DNA from: Sphagnum compactum
Taxonomy: Eukaryota
Direction: 5' to 3'
DNA length: 64,000 nt
Assembly (NCBI GenBank): GCA_965153455.1
Contig: OZ234493.1
Coordinates: 9,042,213-9,106,212 of the forward strand
Each line of letters begins with the position of its first letter. Positions within the stretch are counted from its first letter, which is position 1. Positions 28,235 through 41,916 of this stretch are shown in pieces. Under the pieces are notes generated by a model. It ran no database searches. It saw nothing but the letters and a program-made list of their open reading frames with translations, and was not told the DNA's origin. The translations under genes and the position numbers were made by a program.

Positions 28235-31200
28235 ATGGCTCAAACACAAGTGCAGGTTCAGCAGCAAGTAGCACAGCAGGCAGCCACAGGCGCTGTGCCG
28301 ACTCAGTTTGTCTCCACTTCTCTTTATGTTGGAGACTTGGAGCCTAACGTGTCCGAGTCTCAGCTTTACGAGATCTTCAGCCAGATTGCTCCAGTGGTCT
28401 CAGTCAGAGTTTGCCGTGATCTCATCACCAGGCGTTCCTTGGGTTATTCTTATGTGAACTTCAACAATGCACAAGACGGTATGCCTCCGATGCTGGCTTT
28501 TCGCTTGAACATTCTTCTGCTAGATATTCAGTATGGAAACAGTATGCTCTGCCATGGTATGCACAGAAGCACGATTGTTTTCTCATCCTACCCAAGGCCC
28601 AAAGCCCTTGCAGGCCTGCATGAACTTGTAGATTGGCTTAACAAGGGTGCTAGTTTTTTGTTTGCCAGTTGGAAAATTCTTACAATGTGTTTTTATTGGT
28701 AATCGTCTGGTGTTGCTTACATATGTTGAGGGTTTAGATGTCAATTCGTGCCAAAGGTTCTTGACCTGAGATTGTTAGTATAGAACATTTGTAGATTTTT
28801 GTTTCTCTTGAAGTGGACAGATATTCACACTTGAGTGCAAGTAGTAAAGGTGACTAGCACTAGTCGAGTATCATGAGGTGTCTTAAAGGTTCCTCGGTGT
28901 GCTTTTCATTGATAACTTGCATATTGTTGCAGCCACTCGTGCTTTGGAGCTGCTCAACTTTAATCCTGTCAATGGAAAACCTATTCGCATCATGTTTTCT
29001 CACCGTGACCCAAGCATTCGCAAGAGTGGAACAGCCAATATCTTCATTAAGGTATACACTTCATTAACATGTCTGCACAGCCGATGTACAGATTATTGCA
29101 GGGAAACTTTTGGGTTCTCTGGGTCAATCAAGGAGGTAAGGTAGATCAGGGTCAAGGATTTCCAGTGTTCAACAGCTAAGGCAATGGTTGGAAACTTTCT
29201 TGTGCAGAACCTTGACAAGGCCATAGACAACAAGGCCCTTCATGACACTTTTTTTGCATTTGGTGCCATCCTGTCCTGCAAGGTGGCCATTGATGCCTCT
29301 GGTCAGTCCAAGGGATATGGGTTTGTTCAGTTTGAGCAAGAAGAATCAGCCCAGAGTGCTATTGAGAAGGTAAATGGCATGCTGCTTATGGACAAGCAGG
29401 TCTTTGTGGGTCCCTTTGTACGACGGCAGGAGAGGGACCAAGGAGGTGGTGCATCCAAGTTCAACAATGTTTATGTGAAGAATCTTGCAGAAAGTACAGG
29501 CGAAGATGAATTGCGGAAAGCTTTTGAGGCATATGGACCTATCAGCAGTGCTGTTGTGATGAGGGATGCTGAAGGGAGGTCTAAGTGCTTTGGCTTTGTT
29601 AACTTTGAGCATGCAGAGGATGCATCAAAGGCTGTGGAAGGCTTGAATGGCAAGAAGTTTGAGGACAAAGAATGGTTTGTTGGCAGAGCACAGAAGAAGT
29701 CTGAGAGGGAGGCTGAACTTAGGGCTAAGTTTGAACAGGAGCGTAAAGAGAGAATCGAGAAATATCAAGGAGTCAATTTATACCTCAAGAATTTGGATGA
29801 CACATTTGATGATGAGAAATTGAGGGAGTTGTTTGCAGATTTTGGGACAATCACATCATGCAAAGTGAGTTGGATCTGATTTTTGGTTGGTCAAAGCTTA
29901 TGGGTTTTGGTGTCTGCCAATGCTATGTTTGCTGTGACCTTTGATAATTATCATGTGTAACTCAGTTGTATTTTTGAAGTGGCGAGGTCTTTGTGATTTA
30001 ACTTTTGGAGGAATGTGACCTATCTACAGTTCCTGATGATGTTCTTTGAATTACAGGTGATGAAAGACCCTCAGGGACAGAGCAGGGGTTCTGGGTTTGT
30101 TGCGTTTTCGTCTGCAGAGGAAGCCACACGTGCTGTATGTTTCTTTAAATCTTTGTCATGTCTAGTTCTTTCCTTTATCTCTGGTCGTATTTTTCCAGAT
30201 CTGAGAGTCAGCATTCTATTTGGTGCATTTATTGTGGAGTTGTTTCTTGGTGATTGCATTACATGTGATGATTGAATTTCCTGTCGTAGTAGATCCTAAA
30301 AATGTATTCCTGATATGGCTCTTGTGGTTCTGCCAATTTTGCAGGTTACAGAGATGAATGGCAAAATGGTGGGGAGCAAGCCGTTGTATGTGGCCTTGGC
30401 TCAGCGCAAAGAGGAAAGAAGGGCAAGGTTGCAGGTGAGACATGAGTCTACTTCTCATCATGTTATCCCCTTCCTATAGATCCCCTTTTCTATTTTAGTA
30501 GGCAATTCACCCTAAACCATCAAGTCCTTTACAGTTTCTTTCTGGTGACCACCTAGTCAATGTGTCATGTGTTATGGAGTTGTCTTCTCCAGGTATGCAA
30601 CACCTAAATATAGGCTCTGAAGTGATTTATGTCATGTTTTGCAGGCACAATTTGCTCAGATGCGGACTCCTGTGGGACCTGCAGTTCCCACTAGTCTTCC
30701 AATGTACCATCCAGGGGCCCCTGGGATGGGGCAGCAACTCTACTACGGTCAGCCACCTCCAGGCCTGATTCCACCACAGGTTTACACACTCTGCCCAAAT
30801 CCATACAAACAAAGATTTCCTTTCACATAGGTTTTTGCAGTTGTGGCTTTAAGAGTTGATTTAGGTATGTTCATTTTTGAAGTTGTGTTGAATGCATTCT
30901 AATTAGACCCACATTTGTATATCTGTTGATACAGCCTGCAGGTTTTGGCTACCAGCAGCAGATGTTGGCTGGAATCAGGCCAGGGGGAGCTCAGATGCCA
31001 AGCTATTTTGTGCCAGTTGTGCCAAGGCAAGGTCAGCAAGGACAGCGGGCTGGAGGGAGACGAGCTGGTGGTGCACCTCCTCAGCAGCAGCAGCAGCCAC
31101 AGCAGCAGGTATGCCTTTCTCATTAATGTGAAAGCCTTTTCATAGAGTGGCTCCTCTCTGGGGAAAAATTGCTCCCTCAATATTTGGATGTGTGTTAACT

Positions 31201-32266
31201 TGCATTTTTGCCTTGTTCTTGTAATTGTGGTTCATGAGGGTCTGTCTGGCCTCTCTTCTGTGGGTGGTTGTATTTTTTAAGAACATAGGTCTTGAGTCCC
31301 TCCTCATCAAGTTTAGAAGTATTATTGCTTGTTTGGATAGAGTATGAGGCTGATGCCACTCATTCTCTTCTGTTTGACAAAGGCATATGTCATTTCTGTC
31401 ATGGGATTCCTTGCTGAGCTATTTGTGTGGTAGTGCCCTTGTTTGCTGGTAGGTGTCAGCATGTCTATGCTCCAAAGAGTCTTTTGTTTAGGTGAAGTCA
31501 GTCATCCTAGTGAAGAAAGTTACACCTTGATTACATGTACTAGAAGCTTGTGTGACTTGATGTGCTTCAATTTTTTTGTTGAACTTGGGTGAGGTCTTTC
31601 TATGTCATGTCTTAGGTTGAGGTTTCATTTGCAGGTGTATTATGCTATTGTCTGAGCTCTTAGTATATTTTGGTATGTGTTTGATTTGCACAGATGCTGC
31701 AGCGTGGTGGCAACCGCAACTTCCGTTATGCTCCAAATGCAAGAAACACCCCTGATTCTGGTCTACCTCCACCTGGTGTCATGGCTATGCTCCCTGCTCA
31801 ACTTGAGATGGGAGGTGTTCCAGTTGCAGCAGCTGATACTGGTGTCCCTCAGCCATTGCCTATCAGTGCACTTGCATCAGCATTGGCTTCAGCTCCTCTG
31901 GAACAACAGCGTGCGGTATGTAGTGTTCTAGAATCTGCAATTTTCTGTCTGCTCTCATGTATTGCATCTTTTTTTGAATTTCATTTTGGTTAAGAACAGA
32001 TGTAATTTAACAGGTTCATGTGAATGCAGATGCTGGGTGAGCAACTCTACCCCTTGGTTGAGCAGCTGGAGCATGATCAGGCTGGCAAAGTTACAGGTAT
32101 GCTGTTAGAGATGGATCAAACAGAAGTTCTGCATCTGATTGAATCGCCTGATGCTTTGAAGTCTAAGGTGGCTGAAGCCATGGAAGTACTGCGCTTGGCA
32201 CATGCGGCCCAGAATGTCCCAGTTGAGCAGCATCTTGCAGGCCTGTCCATGAACGATTCTGCCTAG
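28235..32266 (+). CDS. PABP: Cytoplasmic polyadenylate-binding protein (4 RRMs, Pro/Gln linker, MLLE/PABC domain), 9 exons
   Basis: Exons 28235-28478, 28933-29051, 29208-29864, 30057-30134, 30345-30434, 30645-30779, 30935-31108, 31694-31915, 32030-32266, all GT-AG and in phase. Motifs include [46 protein letters not shown] and the MLLE domain LGEQLYPLV...[23 protein letters not shown]. Confidence 0.97.
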
Positions 32267-33633
32267 ACATGGCAAGCCTGCATACTGGGTCCTCTATTCC
32301 ATTTGCATCTGTCAGGTTGACAATTCAAGGACTTCTCAATTCACTGAATGAGAGTGATGCATTTGCATGACGAGGCAGCAGGAAAGTGTTTTCTTTGTAG
32401 ATGCTTTTAGGTGCTTTCTTCATGTGGGTTCTGGTCAAGCCCTGGCTTTTTCAGCAGGAGGTTGTGGCCTGTCTCATTGTGAGGTATTTTGTCTGTTGGC
32501 TGCTGAAAGAAATCTTAAAAGAATCAATTTCCTGTGAACTGCCTGCCTGTCCTGTATATGGATTAATTCCATAATTGATATGTTTGGTCCTTTTGAGTTG
32601 ACAAAAAAATGTGGTGCAGAGCATAGGACACAGAAATCACCTTCAAAGATGCTCTTTTGATTTCATGCACTAATGGAGAGTGCTGTGTGGCTTGTACCTG
32701 TAGTTGATGTAATGGTGACTTGTCACTGTATAGCAGTTATCTATGAGGACAAGCTAACTGCAGTGGGTGTGAGTTACAGTTGGCTATCCCAATCTAATTC
32801 TTGTTTCCTTTAGTTTGGATGGTACTGACATAATGGTGCTGATAATTACCTTGGCAAGAAAGAATTTATGTCTTCTTAAGGGAGGAATAATTCTGTTTGA
32901 TATCATGCCCTTAAGATACAGTAGAATCTTTTTGCCAGTTCTTTGTGTATAGGGTGGATCCTCAGGTGTGGGCATTCTGGAAATCAGAGCCCATGCAAAG
33001 GACAGTAGCTAGCATGGGCCTGATTTTTGTTCTGCCTTGCTTTTCTTGGGACTTTTCTTGATGTTACCCTCTTCTCAGGGCTTTATCCTACACAGAAAGC
33101 ACCAGCAAGATTTTGTCTTTCTGCTCCAATGGATGCAATTTGATTTGAATGTAGGTTCCAGATTTTCGAAAAAGATCCAATGCAAAAATGGAATATCAAG
33201 CAAAAGTGAGCAGAGAAGCATGAAACAAGAAACATGGTATTTACAATCACAATCAAAGCCGCAGCACAACTTGCCAAGGAAAAAATGTGCCTCTGGTAAT
33301 GAAAAATGAGAATAGAAAAATTTATCAAAGACTAACTAGTGGCAGCCAGTACCTAATCAAGTAATTGTAAGTGGCAAAACACATGGCAATTAGGATTCAA
33401 CAAACCTCAAATTACTCTGCATCTAAACTAGTTTCTGATCTCCTCGTTGGAAATAGATCAAACCCCCCCTCCCTCTGGAACACTTGTGATCCACTCAGGC
33501 ATTAGGCGTTCAAGTGAATACTTATTATATAAAGTCATGTGATATCAGAGTTCTCAGATAGTCAAGCACTGCTTCAAGAAATCGTGCAAACGAGATGGAA
33601 GTGATAACCAGCTGCATGCATTTCATCCAAGTC

Positions 33634-36600
33634 TCATTCTAAAGAGCTTGGCGTTGAATGGAGAGTGAGGGCAACACCTGTCACAAAGCTGGTCAAATTG
33701 ATGCCCACTTCTGCAACCAAATTTCTAATGTCCATTGAAATGTCTGATGGGCTTGCCACGCCACGATTAACCTGCATTGTGCTCCACAAATACAAGTGAA
33801 ATCCAGTTTTAAAAAACCTTGTAACATCACAACATGAAGGTTCATCAATGGGAAAAAAAATTCCTACAGTTCCTGCAAGTTGTGGCATTTCATCTGGGAC
33901 CAGTTTTGTACTGCTCTCATTGACAAGGGCATGGAATTGAACAGAATTATTGTAGTACCAATCAAATTTCTGGTGCTTACAGATAGTGCTGACACCCGCT
34001 TGACAAACTCCTTGTTGTACCCTTGCACCTCTGCCACTACATCTGCCATGTCGGCTCGAGACACCTTATCAGGGCCTCCCAAATTCAAGACCAGATGCAT
34101 ACGACTCCCCTCAGTGGCAATACTTTTTGCAATTAGAAGCTCTATTACATTCACCACATCCTTCACATATATGGGGCACCGAAACTCATCACAAAAAAAC
34201 TCCCCTTCTCCACCCCCTGAGAGTACACCGTCAATCCACTGCAGCAGTCATCAGGCACTATTAGCTAGCAAAACACCCATCCAAGACAACTGACCTATAT
34301 GTATTGATGGTATTGCATATCTATGGATAAGAGGGAAATGTCAGATCATTGAAAGGCTTCGTCCAAGCCAGATAATTACATGCGTGAAAACCTTGAAATA
34401 GATGCAACCTGTCCACCCTTTTCTATCAGAGTTTCTCTAGGGGTATAACAAGGGTAACTGTTACCCATTCATTGAGACCCCATTAAACAGATTATCTTCA
34501 CACATCAATATCACAAACAGTCTTCACAAGCACAGGTTGACTTATTTATGTGGACAAAATGAAGGAATGTAGGGTATTTTCAAGAAGGCAGCGAACTTTG
34601 CCAAGAAAAACTTTACCTGGAGAGGCAGGGTTTTTGGGAGGGGGATGAAAGGCTGCGGTCCATAAATGATGCTACTTCTTAGAATTGCATAATTAGCATA
34701 GTTTGATTTCACATAGATTTCTGCCACCACCTTTGATCTTCCATACACATTCACAGGCTTGGTTTCATCATCTTCTGTATAGAATGATTTGATTCCCTCA
34801 TAAACTGACAGAATCCCACAGTGACAACAAAGATATTAGCTTTTCCAGCTATGCAAATTGTCCTGGGACATCACAGAGTTCACGAGAAAGATATGACCTG
34901 GAAACTGTAGATCAACTGCACATGGCGAACTCACTCTCACAAGAAGAAGTACCAAAAATTGAGAACAGAATTGAGAACAGAGCAGTATTGAATCCAAGTA
35001 TTCCCAGAGTTCTATGAGAAGTTGCTATGGCTGACCCAAAATTGAGTGCAGCCATTTAAACTGGTATTTCGATTGGAGGAGGATTTTGATAAAGTGAAAA
35101 TACTTGTGGGCCTTCACTCCAGTCCCTTATTCAGACATGGAGTTCTGATTGCTTTGGACAGCATGACCTTGCTTTGACTATTAATTAGGTTATGAATGGC
35201 AATGCAGTACCTCACCTTGATCAGTTGAGAGATGGATGAGGAGGGGAAGAGTTGGTGCATTCATGGATGTCAGCCACTCTACGACTGTACGAGGGACATT
35301 TATAGCCATTGCCACATTTGGGTTTTGCTCACATGCCCGTGGATTGGATAGGGCTGCACAGTTTACCACCACACGTGGCTGCCACAATCATCCACCCTCC
35401 CCCAGCACAAAACCATGAAAATCCTGTCAAGCTCACAATGATACTGACACTTTGTGCAGTGGAGTTCTCTGTTCAGAGGGATCTAAGTCCAAGGCCCCTC
35501 ACAGCCACAGGTCCTTTCCAACCGGCATTCTACTATAGATGCAAAATATGGGCACTGGTATCATTGTGAATTCCAATCACAATTCCTTGCCATATGGACA
35601 TCACAAAATCTCCAGAGGATTTTTGCACTCTCTTTACTGGACAATTGGAAAAAATAATGAATATGTTGAAGCTTTCACGAAAGAAATAAATAACATTGAG
35701 ACCTCAGTTCAGGCTTCGCCTGATTGCATGGAGAAGCTGTTGTTCTTAGTCCTATGTATGAAATAGTAAAGGAACATTACTCGGACTGATCATGTGGAAT
35801 ACTTTTCTCTTTTGAAAATTGTTCCAGGGGTCTGCATCCAAAGATTGGAAAAGCAAGAACTGGGCTTATTGGCTCAAGATAACAATTAAATTCATCACTG
35901 CAACCATGAAAATTCAGCATCAAACCCAGCAGGAATTGGTAAGAGGACCCTGGCTTCTGATGCAAAATAACACAGATACCATTCTACTTGAAGACAAAGC
36001 AAGTATCCCCTGAACCTGGAACAATGCAATTCTGACATAAAATTTTCAGAATAGCAAATGCCAGAAAGAACAAAAGATGTAACTTGGTTGCACAGACTTA
36101 TGTATCTACTGCTTCCAGGGGCTGAGACTTCACCAACAATACAGATTTGCTGCATCACAGAGTTGGTTGAAAAATTCTTGCATGTCCAAATGATAGGATA
36201 TGAAAGCCAAACATCAGTCAGATTCCTACAAGGCATAAGGCCTCCATTGGGATTGGAATACTCCTGTAAGGGTTTGATGAGTAGATGGATTTCGAAACAC
36301 AGATAGAGATTAGAAAGGGACCAGTCACTGGCATCTAAACTACTACTGTGGAACCAAGATCCCAACCGTGAACACTGATCGAAAGTGTAGTAAACCCAAC
36401 CCCTTTTTTAACACAAAGAACTTAACCTAAGGATTCCTCTGATCCACCAAAGCTCAAACATGGGCAGAAGGATGATGACTTACAAAGCCCAACTCCGAAG
36501 ATATGGAATCGAGGCCATGGCCACTGACCAGATCAACTTGGAACGATTTTACATTGGGAAGATGTTGTTGTAGTTGTGGCGATGGTGGCTGAGAGTGATA

Positions 36601-36717
36601 GGTGTATGCCACTCTATACTTATGTGCCTGACATTTTGCGAGCTCAGCCAATAAATGTAAACCCAAGTAACCCGATCCACCCACCACCACTACCAGATCG
36701 CTTTTCCCATCCTCCAT
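33634..36717 (-). CDS. RmlD (dTDP-4-dehydrorhamnose reductase)/MAT2B-like NAD(P)-binding extended SDR protein, 5 exons
   Basis: Exons 36717-36484, 35378-35216, 34804-34617, 34238-33981, 33771-33634, GT-AG and in phase. Rossmann motif VVVGGSGYLG, NCAALS, HLSTDQVYEG, catalytic YxxxK (PVNVYGRSK), DEFRCPIYVKD and SPSDISMD are all typical of the RmlD_sub_bind family. Confidence 0.9.
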
Positions 36718-37059
36718 TGCACTAGAGCACCTTCAAGCTTTTTAGATAAGAAAATCCGTTTGGGTCGAAATGGAGGGAGAAATAGACCTCGGAAACTGAA
36801 TTTGCTGAGATGTTCAGCTCCCTCCTTTGATCCCCAGAAAACGTTAAATGAGCCAAGGTTCCTAATTGCAGGCAATTACAAAAGTAGTGCTGCATTTCTT
36901 TTGTCCCTATCTGGCCTTTTGCCCATCCAAGATGTGTCTGGTAGAAACTAGTGACCAGACACAGTTTTGGGTCCTGCTATAAATTTTGGGCCTGTAATGG
37001 ACAAAATTTCCTCCCCGGCTCCATTATTTTAGGCAGATTACCTTGCTTGTAATTTTCAT

Positions 37060-39400
37060 TACATTTGCTTTTATTGACGTCGCTAGCCTGGGACGTAGCA
37101 TTCATGATGTCATTCACCATCACTCATACTATTTCTGCAACTTTGTCTGTTGCAAAGAAGGAAGGAAAAAAAATTTGTTCCAGAGGAGGAACAACAACTT
37201 GCTTGCTTGTTCTTGCACATCTCTCAGTGACAGGGAATGGTCAGAAGAGTTCAACATTTTGGGATAGGGTTTGCACACACTACAATAAGTATTGTCCACT
37301 TGGTTGCACAGAGAAGCTTGCGCGGTTCCTAGAAACAAAAGGGGGGTTTATCAAACATGATGTGAATAAGTTTGTTGGAGCTTTTTGAGGTTTTGTGTGA
37401 TTTAGGAATGAATGTAGAGAATGTTTTGCACAACACCTTAGAATTGTACAAAACAAAGCACCCCTGAAATGCAAGCTTCACTTTTATACACTGTTGGTTA
37501 GTGCTGAAAGATGTGCCATGCTTTGATGATGTGTGCGCAAAATCGTAGAAGCTCACAACTCCATCCATGAAGCACAAGAGTGCACTTGCATTTGATGCTA
37601 CTATTAAGCTTGATGGAAGTGAAGTGCAGCTAGTTGATGTTGAGTTATCTACAACAAGACAACCACAAGGCACAAACACAATTAAAGAACACCAAAAAAT
37701 CTAACACCTAAATGAATTCACTGCTAGGGTCCAAGCAAGGGCCATAGGAGACATGGCACTTGCCACATTGAAGAAGGTTGCGATTATGGAAGATCATAGC
37801 ATGATGGCTCTCTTCACAATATTAGAAGCATCTTTAGTTTCAAAAAAAGCTTGTGAATATTTCTTGCTTTGAAGAACCAAAGAGCTTAAGATGTTGTGAA
37901 CTTGATTGAATGAAATGTCAAATGCCATGCTGAATGTTGTTGTTTTGAATGTTGCATCAAATGTTGTTGAGCCGAACGTTGTGCCAATGCTTCTAGTAGT
38001 TTTGATTGCCCATGTTGGAACTAGTCCAACAACATCAATTTGATAAATATTGATGCATAAGTAGAGGAAATAAGTGTTGACATGATGTAGAATCTATAGT
38101 GCATGCTAGGGCATATTTGAAGGAAAAAAAAAAAATTGTTCATGAAAAACTTCGTACAATGGGAATTTTCATTGCAATGTGAATTCATTGTCTCCTTTTA
38201 GAGTCCATAGATGATCAATCAAGTCATTTCATAGTTTGAAGTGCATATTTGCATATTCTATTTCTTGAGGCCATTTTTGTATTCAACAAAAGAGAGCCCT
38301 TGCTTGATGTGAATTGTGGTTGCATCAAAACATGGTTCTAGACCTTTAGTCTCCTCATCTTCTACTATCATATTATGTGAGATAACACACACAATGAGAA
38401 TATATGAAACTACACTCTAATCCCATTGCTAAGAAGGGTTTTGAATAATTGCAAATTGACTTTGCAAGACCCCAAAGCTTTGTTCAAAGTCCTTCCGAAC
38501 TACTTCATGGTGTCGCGCATAGTGGTTACGTTTCTCACATTGTGGTTCATGAATTGTTTATTAGAATATTGACTCTCAAAGGTAGATGCCATCCATCAAT
38601 AGGTAGTACTTCAAATAATTATTCCCATTCACCTCAAACCCAAGGTTGTTGCTTACACCAATCAACAAATCATCTACCAAAGGTGAGTGATCCAAAACAT
38701 TTAGATCATTATTTCCATTGGGGTAAACCAAAATGAACATGTCAAAACCAAAGTCTTTTTTTGTGATGGATTTTAAGATGAAAAAACAATTTTGATCTTT
38801 ATCAAAAATTGAAAGGACCATGTTGTTGGGCAATTATTTCATTTATAATGCATGCAGTCCAAAGATGTAAACATCCCTAGAAACCCACACTCAAAATTGA
38901 TTTCAATTTGCTTCTCAAAAACCCTCCTATTGGGTTGTTAAAGGTACATGAGTTTGAAAACTTTTTCATCATTCAAGAAAAAGATTTCAACCTTTCCATA
39001 GTTGTGTTCTTTCCTATGTAAACATATTTTGTCGAGTGCATTAGTTGCCATGCCATAGGCTAACATCCTAATCATAATAGTACATTTTTGGATCACAAAC
39101 AAGCCCATGGCACCACAAGCATTTCGCTTTTAAACAAAATATGGATCATTTGTATTCATTGTTGCAACAACAACAAGAAAAAATGAATGTCGCATTTAAA
39201 ATTGACGTAAAAAATGATGTTCATCATACATTGGGTTTGGTGCAAAGTAATTGTACATTATTTGTTCATCACCAAACACTTTATCACTCACAGCGTTTGG
39301 TTGTTTTCTTGGCCTATTTTCACGATGCATTCGATGAACATTGATTTTAATATGTTGTGACACAACCAAAAATTGTTCATTTTTTTCATCATCATCAAGA
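37060..39400. mobile_element. Decayed PIF/Harbinger DNA transposon: Myb/SANT-like (NAM-associated type) ORF on + (~37140-37900) convergent with DDE transposase on - (~39350-38190)
   Basis: + strand: GQKSSTFWDRVCTHYN...IKHDVNKFVG and FTFIHCWLVLKDVP. - strand: GFLGMFTSLDCMHYK*NNCP (canonical GFPGMLGSIDCMHW.WKNCP) at ~38890-38830 and NNDLNVLDHSPL...VNGNNYLKYYLLMDGIY at 38720-38580. Many stops and frameshifts. Termini not resolved. Confidence 0.85.
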
Positions 39401-40109
39401 TTTACCTATAGTTGCATCAACAATATGGCATGCCACTCCTCAACCATAGCTAGAATCACAAGCTCACAATCCATAAAAAAAGACAAGTAGGAAAAAATCA
39501 GGCCCAAATTAAAAAAATGGGAGAAATAACATAAAGGTAAAAAATGATGGCTAACAATGGGCTTTAATTTTATAAAATGGGATAACACTATATTTAGTGC
39601 TCGCATCGGGGCTTGCAAAGTAATATTGTCAGGTAGTTTTGTGTACTACAATAAGAGATGCCCTAAAAGTAGATAATGACAAAAGAAATGTAATAATATT
39701 TTTTTATTGCTTGCATTTAGGACCTTTGGTTAATTTAAGGTATTCAACTTTGGCCCTAAAGAGGAGGAGGCAAAGGCAAATGTGGCACATCTTTTGCAAA
39801 CACATGTGGTTAGTTTCAAGTTTCAACCGTGGCCAATTTAGGTATTGGCAAATACTAAGGTTTTTAAACCTTGGGACTATGTCCATAAATATTAAAACCA
39901 TTTCTTTACCATATCAAGGTTTGACTTATTTCATAAAATATTCAATTTACTTTGAAGTTGTCTTTTGGGTTTTTAATATTTTGTGTTTTCTGGTTTGTGA
40001 GTGCACAACTTATAAATAATTTTCATTCTTTTGAATTTTAAAGTTGATATTTGCAATGAATATGATGACAATTGGCATTGTCTTATTTGCTATCTTTTTT
40101 TTTAATAAT

Positions 40110-40580
40110 AATGATTTGAAATTTGAACCACATGTCCTTAGGGATTTTTTTAACTCATACAATTTGCAAAATTGAAAAATAAAATAAAATAATACAAGTT
40201 TGAAATAAGATGGAAATAGTACGTTTTATCAACATAATGACGAAAACTGACTATAACATAATTCTTTTTCTTTACAACGGTTTAAAATCTAGACCACATG
40301 TGCCTAAGGACATCATTTACTTCATGCAATTTGCATAATGAAAAAAAAATTCCAATTTTCAATAAGATGGAAAAACCCACAAAAATTGTATAAAACTCTC
40401 CTTGACAAAAGGACATAATATATATATATATAATGGCTTGAAATTTGAATCACATGTGCCTAGGGATGTTTTTTAATTCATGCAATTTTTAGAATTGAAA
40501 AAAAAAAGGAAAAAAGGTTTGAATGATGATGGTAAAAATGCCACAAAAACCATATAAAACCCTCCTTAAACATAATTCCA
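40110..40580 (+). repeat. Three degenerate ~160-bp tandem units
   Basis: TTGAAATTTGAACCACATGT.CCT..GG...ATGCAATTT...GAAAAAAA...AAGATGG recurs at ~40115, ~40280 and ~40437. Confidence 0.8.
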
Positions 40581-41267
40581 TATTTGTTTTTGAAACCTTA
40601 ACCTTAATACAATTTTTTTATTAGGAATATATTTTCCTTATATTTTATACTATACAGAGGCAAATTCAAGAGAGTGAAAATAATTCTAAAATAATCATTC
40701 TAAAAACGACATTAACATGTATACATGCACAAACATTTAAAAGAAAAAAATAAAATCCAAGTATTTATGAAAATTACTTATCCTTAATACATACATGCAT
40801 AGGATGTGTTATTGGAGCTTCTAGTATTGTCAATATAATTAGTCTTTGGACTTTAGAGATATTGCAATGTTGTCCTTACAAAAGTGGATTTTTTTGAGGT
40901 AAAATTTTATAATAAACATTATTTTTTTGACTGATGGTCTCCTATATTTTTTACATGGTGTATAACAATAGTTATTATTATAAGCATGGGGCTCCATGTC
41001 CACGCATAGGGGCTTGAATGATGGGTAAAGTGAAAGGTTGACATTGAAGTGCCCCATTTGCCCTTCAAAACAGTGCATGTGCTTAAATTTTGTGGTTGCA
41101 TTTGGGTACAAATTAGTTATAAAGAGCCAACTACCTTGAGGATTGTGTCCTTATTGGGACATTAACATCAGAATGTTTTACAAACTATGTTTAAAATCAT
41201 GATTTACAAATCATCTTTTAAATGTTTTAATTACTGTGGCCCGAAAAAATGTTGCATTATACTATAA

Positions 41268-41916
41268 CTAGTGGGTACCTGTGACCTTTGGACACTGTGA
41301 AGTCCCCCGGTTTCTTTAAACCAAGAGAGACACACACAAAGGCGCAAAGCAGCTATTTTTATTTTTATTTTATTTATTTTTTACGTTGAAAAGTCCCCCA
41401 TGAAAACATACATGGTGAAGCGAGCATTTTGGAATTTTTTTTTTAAAAAAAAAAATCGCCACATTTCCAGGAGGGGAAAAAAAAGAGTTTCCTGCATGGT
41501 CACTTTATCTAAAATCCATTACATGCCTGGAAATCCTATGGAGACGGAATGTCTGATATATATAAAAGCCCCATTTTAGTCTAATCCTATATATTAATCC
41601 TATATATTATTATCCCATCTGGGTATATTTAGAGGCCGGCCGGTTCTGCCAAACCCCCTTCCCAAGCCCTGTCAGGCCAGGTGCGGCTCATTTCGGGACC
41701 TCGTTTCTGTCATCTGGGGGGTTGCACAATCGTGTCTCTCCGCCATCACGACCCGCACCTGGCGCTGGAACATTTCAGGTCAGGTGCGGCTCATTTTGGA
41801 ACCTCGTTTCTGTCATCTAGGGGGTTGCAGAATCGACCTCGCAGAGACTGTTAACGGGTCAGAATGGACAGGTTCAGACAGACACACTGACAGACCAAGT
41901 GAATTAATATATAGGA
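41268..41916 (-). mobile_element. Non-autonomous Helitron-like element (649 bp)
   Basis: Minus strand begins A|TCCTATATATTAATTCACTTGGTCTGTCAGTGTGTCTGTC (41916) and ends with an imperfect hairpin GTGTCC-AAA-GGTCAC about 10 nt before CTAG|T (41271-41268). This gives 5'-TC, 3'-CTAG, a subterminal hairpin and an A|T target with no TSD. The interior is GC-richer than the flanks. Confidence 0.7.
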
